Assembly: GCA_019828565.1 (NCBI GenBank)
Contig: JAHDYR010000015.1
Coordinates: forward strand, 175,926 to 239,925
From: Carpediemonas membranifera BICM
Lineage: Eukaryota > Protista > Fornicata
DNA: 64,000 nucleotides
Direction: 5' to 3'
Shown: one piece after another, positions 57,232 through 64,000 of the stretch
How the letters are laid out: every line of letters starts with the position of its first letter
Numbering within the stretch: position 1 is the first letter of the stretch
Program-made: the position numbers and the translations under genes
Notes under the pieces: generated by a model
Told to the model about the DNA's origin: nothing
The model's database searches: none
The model's input: the letters and a program-made list of their open reading frames with translations, nothing else

Positions 57232-57569
57232 TTGAGAGAGTACTGTTCTCGCGAACGGAGACAACAAAGAAAAAACTTTCTGGGAGGATACTGGCCTTGA
57301 AATCGGTCAGATGCAAAGCCTCCTTGCGGTGGTGACTGAATGGAGGAAGACGCTGGAGCCAGACAAGCAAGAGCCTCAGGAGGAAGGCGCCGATAAGCAA
57401 AAGAGGTTGGCGTCTTGGGTGGCCAGGTCGATAAATGTTATGAGTCACTCGCACATGCCCTGTGGGATGGATTGCGGGCACCGTGGCGGCCAGACGTCTC
57501 GCGGTCGGCTGTCACCCTCGCCCCAAAGGGCAAGCAGACGAGGGCGAAGAGACAGAAGAAGCAAATGAT

Positions 57570-58065
57570 TCGGATTGATTCTGGCGAAGTCTTGGCTTGA
57601 TAGCGGACTCCCGCGACGAACGCCTCCACGAGTTGCTTGGCTTAAGGCTGCAGCTCGCCGAAGTATGAACACGTCTCCTTGAATGTCAGCACGTATTTTC
57701 TCGACGAGATTGCCCGACTCGGAGCAATTCAGCTTCTTCAGCCATTCGATGGCCTCTAGCTCGTCGAGAGGTTGGAACATCTTGTTAATCAGGTCGATAA
57801 ACTCCTCGTTCCACTCCGTATCACGATCGGGGTCATGCTCATCCATCGGTTCATCCACCACCTGAAGAAAAGAGCCCAGCATGGGAGAACGGCACTTAAA
57901 CGTTTCGAGCACTTCGTTTGACACCAGGTCGAAAATAGCAATCGGATCACGGCACCTAGCAGCATAAGCATGCCAGGACTTAACCATATGGCGCCACTCC
58001 GCCACAGAGACCTTATTAAGGTAGGGTGCGTAGTTCAGTACTGTTTCCGGTATTGCTGTTTTCAA
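57570..58065 (-). pseudogene. Gypsy gag-like fragment
   Basis: YAPYLNKVS..W..Y N-terminal pattern; LVEAFVAGVR in a shifted frame. Confidence 0.55.
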
Positions 58066-58136
58066 GTGAAAATGACCAGTAGATCAATAAAACACACCTA
58101 TTTCGAAACAGTGATCAGATCAATTGAAAACAGGCA

Positions 58137-58912
58137 ATGGTGGAACTAGAAATCGCAATCAAGAAGAACCGCACTCAGTCGTTCAAGAAGGTGAAGAAGG
58201 ATGTTAACCTTACACAGTTGTCCCCAGAAGAGTTTCTAGACACTGTCTCGGAGATAGTGACTGAATACAGCGATGCTGATGGCACAAGCTTGGCGATGAA
58301 GACTAAGAGCGCTGAGTACCTGATCATCAAGTTCGCCGCAAACGCAAGAAACAGCCTTCCGACATCTCCGCGACTGATTGGTCAAGATTCCAGAAGTACG
58401 CAACTCCTTCGGTGAGCGTCTATGTCCGCAGCCATCCAACAACAACAGCAGCAGCACGTCGCGAGGCCCAACAGGCAGAGCGCCAGCAGCAATTGGAGGC
58501 GACTAGACAACTGCATGCTTCGAACCGCGCTGCGATTGTCGCTGCACACGGCAGCACACCCATCAACGACGCAGCCCTCACGATATGGGCCTTCCAAATG
58601 GGCCAGAACACCGCCATAAGTCCGTTTAACCCCTCCGATGGAGATTTATTTGCCCGTTATCGTCCAGGCGCTGCACCAATGCCTGTACGCCGCAACGCAT
58701 TGGGAACTCGCCGACCTGTACGGCCCGCTGGTCAGCAAGACATCCTGCTCCCTGTCCCTCTGAGTCCTCTTGATGAGGTTGTGGCGATCCTACAACGGGA
58801 ATCGCAAGGCGAGGGTCCTGTCTCCCCCGTCCGCCCCCCTCCACCCCCCATTGCGAGCCTTGCTATTCCAGATGAGGAGCATGTCGACTCTGAGCACGAC
58901 CATGATGATTAA
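58137..58912 (+). CDS. Hypothetical protein in two frames (58137-58415 and 58412-58912), joined by a very short intron or a frameshift
   Basis: Coding-like ORFs ending convergently with the Tc1 transposase; GTGAG...GCAG (20 nt) would join the frames. Confidence 0.35.
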
Positions 58913-58918
58913 AGATGT

Positions 58919-59587
58919 TTACTTGTGGCTGACTTCAAAGAAGGTGTCGTGGTAGCCGTGATGGCTGAAGAGGCTGTGGTTATTGGGGTGGCATGCCTCA
59001 GTGAACACGAGGCGAAGAGTGTTGAGCGGGTCTGTCTCGTAAATGGCCCGGCTACGTGCAAGGCGGCTCTTGATGATTCCAAACGTCTGCTTTATCGGGT
59101 TGAGGTGCGGGCTGTAAGGCGGAAGGAAGATCAGTTTCGCCCCGACTTGCTCGATGGCGGTCCTAAGCTCTGGGAGCTTGTGTATACGTGCGTTGTCAAT
59201 AATCACGATGCTATTGGGTCCAGGCCATGGCGAAAGCCGGTAGTATACGTCCTTCAAGAACGCATAGTAGAAGGAGTGGGAGGTGAATGTTCCTTCCGTT
59301 ATCGAATGGGCCAAGAACCCTTCGCTGTTCTGCCATGCGCAGATTGAATACCGCTGGCCGCGGGCAAAGGACAATACGATCTTGCAGCGCTCGCCCTTTC
59401 GTGAGTAGCCACGCAGACGGCGGCCGGCCCTTAGATCTTTGGCGGTCTCGTCGCCGAACACAAGCTGATCCATGCCCTGGTATAGAGGGTAGAGCTCGTT
59501 GACGAACCGGTTAAACTCCCACTTGCGGGCTTCTTGGGCGCGGCGGTCGATCACCTTTCTGGTGAAGGTCTGGCCCTCTGGCGCGGC
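58919..59587 (-). pseudogene. IS630/Tc1-like DDE transposase, 5'-truncated, catalytic E replaced by K
   Basis: VFGDET, IIDNARIHK, FLPPYSPHLNPIK (canonical NPIE). Confidence 0.9.
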
Positions 59588-60039
59588 CATACTGTGAAAG
59601 TCGGTAGATAATCTAGGGCCTAAAAACCCTAGATTATCTACGGTTGCAAGAAAAAATGAACTCGACGATGAGCCGGAGCTGGATCTTCAAAGTGGTATGG
59701 TAGTACTTGGCTATACCTAAGCAATACGCATGCGCAGTATCAAACTTTAAATCTTGCTAGAAAAAAGTAACATAGGGACAAATTCGAATTGAGAGTTGAG
59801 ACTCAAAAAACGGGCAGGGGGGAGGAAATGGCCCATAGGTACGCCTTATGGGTCGCTTCCTCCCCTCTGCCCCTTTTTTTATCGCAAAATCGATTTGCCG
59901 GATTTGACACACGTTTGATGTGATCAAAATGGATTTGATAGACATGGGTCCAGATCATGCAGTTGGCCATCCTGAAGCGCTAGGGCAGCCTGCAGACCGC
60001 AGCAATGCCTCTGCTGAATGCCCTTCATGCCTGACGGAC
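59588..60039 (+). mobile_element. Left end of a third CATACTGT-family transposon
   Basis: Starts CATACTGT exactly where the Tc1 ORF is cut; carries the subterminal TGCAAGAAAAAATGA motif (59645) also seen at 8212 and 60640. Confidence 0.65.
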
Positions 60040-60582
60040 TGTCAGGGTCCTACCCATTGTTTACATAGTTGATATATTTATTATTGCCATATTTACCACA
60101 GCAGGGTCAAACCCTCTCTTCTTTGCTTTTACTAAAAGTTCTTCTAAGTCTTGACAGACCACAATACTAGTATTCCCCTTTCATCATGACATTTAAGAAC
60201 AAAGAAAAAGCGGTTCCCCCGCTATTCCGCGACCCTTCAATGAAGGCGTTGCTTGATTTTTACCTTCACCTCCAAACGTACCGTTCCCTCGGCGGTAAGG
60301 CCGATATCTCCGAACTCGTCGATCCATCTATCGCTGACTATGTCTCGCAATGCATCGACGAGGCCGGTAACTCCGAAGACGATGATTACGTACCGTTACT
60401 GATGGCAACTACCGAGCGCCGCCGTCAAAAGCGCAACTTCAGCGATCTACGAATCCTCAAGCGCCTAGGCAGCGTACTGCGTCCCAGCAGATCCACCGCT
60501 CAGCTCGATCTTTTCCGTCTACGCGCCAAGACCTTCGACCCCGTCGAGGTCAATAACGTCAATCGGAAGTTCAAGGCGCTCC
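60040..60582 (+). mobile_element. Gypsy 5' end: LTR (60040-60163, 124 bp), palindrome, gag start at 60186; interrupted at 60583
   Basis: TGTCAGGG...GACCACA|ATACTAGTAT|...ATG; gag-like AVPPLFRDPS..LLDFY..Y..LGG. Confidence 0.75.
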
Positions 60583-60734
60583 CATACTGTAAGAATGGCT
60601 AGAGTCTCCCGGGAGATACCCTGGAGATACTCCAAAAAGTGCAAGAAAAAATGAGATTCACTAGAATCTGTTTCACATTTCACATATTTCACAAGAATAT
60701 GTGAAATGAGAAGCAAAGCTAGTGAATGTCATTT

Positions 60735-60959
60735 TTACTTGTCCCTCATCGTCTGTATGGCATCTATAAACAAATCGCGTATCTCTTGCAGCAGAAACTC
60801 TGTGTCATTCACCTTTTTGTTGATTTCTTCTTCCTTTCGCAAGCCCTGAGCAGTTTTTCGGATTATTTGGTAAGAATCTTGTACTTTGGCAACTTCCACG
60901 AGCCCTGACGTTACCGTTTCTACCTTTTGGTGGCTAGTTGCTCGAATCATGATCGACAA
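60735..60959 (-). CDS. Small helical cargo protein, homolog of 8417-8644
   Basis: Alignable residues and synteny. Confidence 0.65.
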   Translation of the reverse strand: MSIMIRATSHQKVETVTSGLVEVAKVQDSYQIIRKTAQGLRKEEEINKKVNDTEFLLQEIRDLFIDAIQTMRDK

Positions 60960-61055
60960 ATGTCGCAGTTTTAGGTATTGTCAATGCCAGGAGTCTACGT
61001 AAATAGACAAATGTAACAACGTAAACAGCTTGGATAGAAATAATAACATATTCTC

Positions 61056-62279
61056 ATGAATTCAGAAGTGTCTGTACCAGAACCTATTGCTGCTACGCCC
61101 CCCATCAGACAGTATGGCAACAGTAAGCTCGCAAATCTCCGTCGTTCATTTGTTACAGCCGTTGTTTCTTCAGTATTTGAGGACGACGAGGCAACTGACC
61201 TCGGCTTGAGTGCACGCGACATCCATAAGGTACTTCTGGAGGTCCAGCGCAGGGTCGCCGCCGAATGCCCTGGGTTCAAGTCAATTGAACTCCGGGAACA
61301 GGTCAGGCGGACGACTGTTGTCGGCGTTACTACGTTTATAACAGCAGTTAGACCCTCTGCGGAGTACAATGGCTCTGTCATGCAGCACATTGCTGTCCGT
61401 AGTCAGCCCTGCCATGCCGAGTTCCGCCAGATGCTCTCAGAAGTTCTCTCAGATGCTGGACTGAACGATGTTTCCGACTCAATCAGCCTTGAGAACTTGC
61501 CTGTGATCAACCGGGTGAGATATAAGCCTGTCAAGCAAAAGGCAACGGTCAAATCGACCCCGACTACGATGATCAAGGCAGAGATCCCACCGATACGGTC
61601 GACTACGCAACTGTCTTCACTTGGTGTTGGTGATGAAGCAGACACACCTCAGTCAACGACAGATCGATCGGTGCCGGTTCGGAAGAAGATCGTCTTTGAC
61701 GACGAGGAAGCCAAGCGACCCAGGCTTGGTGACGACGATCTGCAGCAGGTGTCTAACAACGTGTCCGATGCTGTTGTTGACCGTATTAAGGTCCTGATCA
61801 ACGACGTTGTCTCAGAGACCCGTGTGAGAGACCCGCCTACCGAACCCGAGACATGTAAGACGACTTTCCTTAGCCTTCATCAGCGCAAAATGCTATTTGG
61901 ATGTTTTGTGTGTGGTACCCCCGAGTGGTTCTTCAATCCAGACGGCACTACGTTCAGGAGATGCTGTGCTTGCAAAGGTTTCCTGCACGAGCAATGTGTC
62001 AGGACGAAGGGCAAGAAGGACTACTGTCCCGCGTGCTATATTACCGGCTCTAGCAACAAGTGCCAGGCGTGCAAAAAGGGCCTAAGATCCAAGAACACGA
62101 AGAAAGCAGAAGAACAGGCTTCTACTCTTCTTTGCTGCCGAGGCTGTCACTGGTGGTACTGTGAGCATTGCTCTGAGGAAGTGCAGTACACCATTGATGG
62201 CAAGTTGTACATCGTTCCCCTCTGCAGCAAATGTAAGGTTGTCTATAAGCGAGTAGAGGGCATGAGACCGATTGTTTAG
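61056..62279 (+). CDS. 407-aa PHD-like zinc finger protein, homolog of 8667-9884
   Basis: TFL.L.QRK.LF.C.VC..PEW.FNP; CCACKGFLHEQC; CPAC; CQAC; CRGCHWWYCEHC. Confidence 0.8.
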   Translation: MNSEVSVPEPIAATPPIRQYGNSKLANLRRSFVTAVVSSVFEDDEATDLGLSARDIHKVLLEVQRRVAAECPGFKSIELREQVRRTTVVGVTTFITAVRPSAEYNGSVMQHIAVRSQPCHAEFRQMLSEVLSDAGLNDVSDSISLENLPVINRVRYKPVKQKATVKSTPTTMIKAEIPPIRSTTQLSSLGVGDEADTPQSTTDRSVPVRKKIVFDDEEAKRPRLGDDDLQQVSNNVSDAVVDRIKVLINDVVSETRVRDPPTEPETCKTTFLSLHQRKMLFGCFVCGTPEWFFNPDGTTFRRCCACKGFLHEQCVRTKGKKDYCPACYITGSSNKCQACKKGLRSKNTKKAEEQASTLLCCRGCHWWYCEHCSEEVQYTIDGKLYIVPLCSKCKVVYKRVEGMRPIV

Positions 62280-62322
62280 TGTTTAGTGAGAGATGATCAT
62301 AAATTGTATATATATCTGTTTA

Positions 62323-62700
62323 CTACACGTCTCTCTCAAGCGCACGGGTCATCATGCTTATGTATCGATCATTCATAAGTCTTCTCTGGTCGGTTCTTAA
62401 CGGGTCATACTCGTTGACATCAGAAACGATGTCTTGCATTTCAGGAAGAGGAATGGGCCGGGCATAGCTAGTCTCAGACATGATGACCCTGGCCTCGTTG
62501 GGAAATGACAAGGAACCATTGGCTATAATCCGTCTTCCTGCTGAGCCAGGCGCGAAACGATAGCCAGAGAAGTACTTCGTCAGAAAGAAAAGAGGATTGT
62601 CGAGGCATGTCACGCGGTAGAGCCAATAGGCGTCCTGGAGAACAAGCTCATGCGCCAGAACCTTCTCAGGAGTGAGGAGAGTGAGGAGAGAACCGGTAGG
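62323..62700 (-). pseudogene. C-terminal remnant of the CHAT/caspase-like gene
   Basis: LTPEKVLAHELVLQDAYWLYRVTCLDNPL matches LTPEKMLANELVLQDCFWLYRTTCMDNPL; catalytic region absent. Confidence 0.75.
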
Positions 62701-62704
62701 TAAG

Positions 62705-63667
62705 AGAAGGACTCAAAATCCACCCAACAAGACTTTTGAGTCATCTGCTTCTCCGCAGGATCAACGTCCTGCGGAAACGACTGTAACGGCAGCATCACCT
62801 CCTCCTCCGCCTCCCGAGTCGCCCGAGGATGGTAAGGAGCAAGATTCTCCTCCTCCTCCGCCTCCCGAGTCGCCCGAGGATGGTAAGGAGCAAGATTCTC
62901 CTCCTCCTCCGCCTCCCGAGTCGCCTTCCCATTCATCCAGCTCGTCTGAAGCCGAGGAGGACTCCGTCGAGGGGTCCGTCATGCACGTCCACCCTAGGTG
63001 GACGCATGTTACCCGGGTTCAGACCTGCAGGACGTCAAGCGGCTGATTTCGGATGAGATAAGCCTTCAGGCCATTCCTGCTCCGGCCTGGATCTCATCCG
63101 AGACCCGTTGCGACCCCCGTCTGACCCAGGAGCCCGACCATCCGGCCCTCAATCGGACGCAGAGCGTCGGCCGAGGCATGATTGCCACTGAGGATATCTC
63201 AGCTGGCACATGTCTCGGCATATACCCTCGGGAAGCTGATTCCCGATGCTGAGACGGCCAGCAACAACGGCCAGATGGTGTTTGTTTCGCATATTCCATC
63301 ACCATTACACAGCATGTCATTCGCTGACAGTCAGGTCGCCGTCGATGCCATGTCGGCCGCAGCGGGTGTCCACCTGATTAACCACAGCCCTGACGATGTC
63401 AACTGTGAGTTCGTGGACGTCTTGGTGGATGGCCTGCCAGTGATATCGGTCAGGGCCACTGCCAACATCGTTCGCGGCGAGTTCTTGCGCATCGATTATG
63501 GCGAGACCTACTTTGAGGCCGATGAAGAGGAGCACCCGGTTGCTCGCTTCAAGAGTCTCGCCATAGATGACCCTCACTACCTCGCTCGAAAGGTGGAGCA
63601 GTTCAAAAATACTGCAGGTCAAGCCGCAGCCCCGCAAGCGGAAGACCAAGTCCAACCCCGCCCGTAA
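62705..63667 (+). pseudogene. SET-domain gene, 5'-truncated and frameshifted; 33-nt intron at 63280-63312
   Basis: GRGMIATEDI..G..LGIY; LINHSPDDVNCEF; GEFLRIDYG; intron at the same codon position as in copy 1. Confidence 0.82.
62798..62925 (+). repeat. 51-bp coding tandem repeat, about 2.5 copies (PPPPPPESPEDGKEQDS)
   Basis: Direct repeats visible in the sequence. Confidence 0.9.
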
Positions 63668-63740
63668 GCGCTTCCACACTGCGCGCATGACTCAAGGCAA
63701 GAGTGAATAAACTTGAAGAGATATCAATTCAATCAATCAT

Positions 63741-64000
63741 TTATGAGCGGGTGACATCCTCCGGACGAGTAGCACGCTTCTCGGGCTCTGCGGCAGCTGC
63801 CTTGCGCTTGCGGTCCGGAAGACTGTAGACACAGGCATGACGATTCTCGATGACGATGAACTGAGTGAGCTTCATGCTCTCACAAAGACCTAAGATCTTG
63901 TCCAGCGTCGCATCCTGGATGGGCAAGAACTCTGAATCTTCCCAACCTTTGTGGACCCAGAGGCAGGTAAGGTCCTCGTCGATCTGGGTGATGATTACCG
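63741..64000 (-). CDS. C-terminus of the OTU-like protein homolog (partial)
   Basis: FIVIENRHACVYSLPDRKRK vs IVVVKDEHATLFVRKR; syntenic position. Confidence 0.6.
   Translation of the reverse strand, partial: VIITQIDEDLTCLWVHKGWEDSEFLPIQDATLDKILGLCESMKLTQFIVIENRHACVYSLPDRKRKAAAAEPEKRATRPEDVTRS

Larger units (their letters stand above)
60583..64000. mobile_element. Second, diverged copy of the giant cargo transposon (continues beyond the window)
   Basis: TIR-like CATACTGTAAGAATGGC; same gene order and orientation as 8145-12600. Confidence 0.88.

Noticed and set aside
59588-59590. ATG start of the Tc1 ORF (MAAPEG)
   Set aside because: The CAT belongs to the CATACTGT terminus of the inserted element; the true N-terminus is missing.

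Overview
This is eukaryotic DNA (it has 32-37 nt GT-AG introns, probably a protist) made almost entirely of nested mobile elements. (1) A giant DNA transposon spans 8145-50020. It has perfect 48-bp TIRs (CATACTG...CAGTATG), a 2-bp TG target duplication and a native size of about 12.1 kb once three nested insertions are removed. It encodes a RAG1/Transib-like DDE transposase plus a cargo of chromatin/PTM-type enzymes: a PHD-like Zn finger protein, a CHAT/caspase-like protease, a SET methyltransferase, an OTU-like protease and a GNAT acetyltransferase. A diverged second copy starts at 60583 and a third left end at 59588. (2) Two divergent ~11-kb full-length APE-type non-LTR retrotransposons, plus a 5' fragment, carry a DEDDh exonuclease of the Maelstrom/arenavirus-NP type, a conserved antisense ORF and conserved structured non-coding regions. 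(3) Several Ty3/Gypsy elements, some with chromodomains, have very short LTRs (55-124 bp). In five of them the expected tRNA primer-binding site is replaced by a covarying 12-bp palindrome. (4) A dead IS630/Tc1 transposase fragment is also present. Many frameshifts fall in homopolymer runs and may be sequencing errors. All protein-family calls are from motif recognition by eye; no searches were run.
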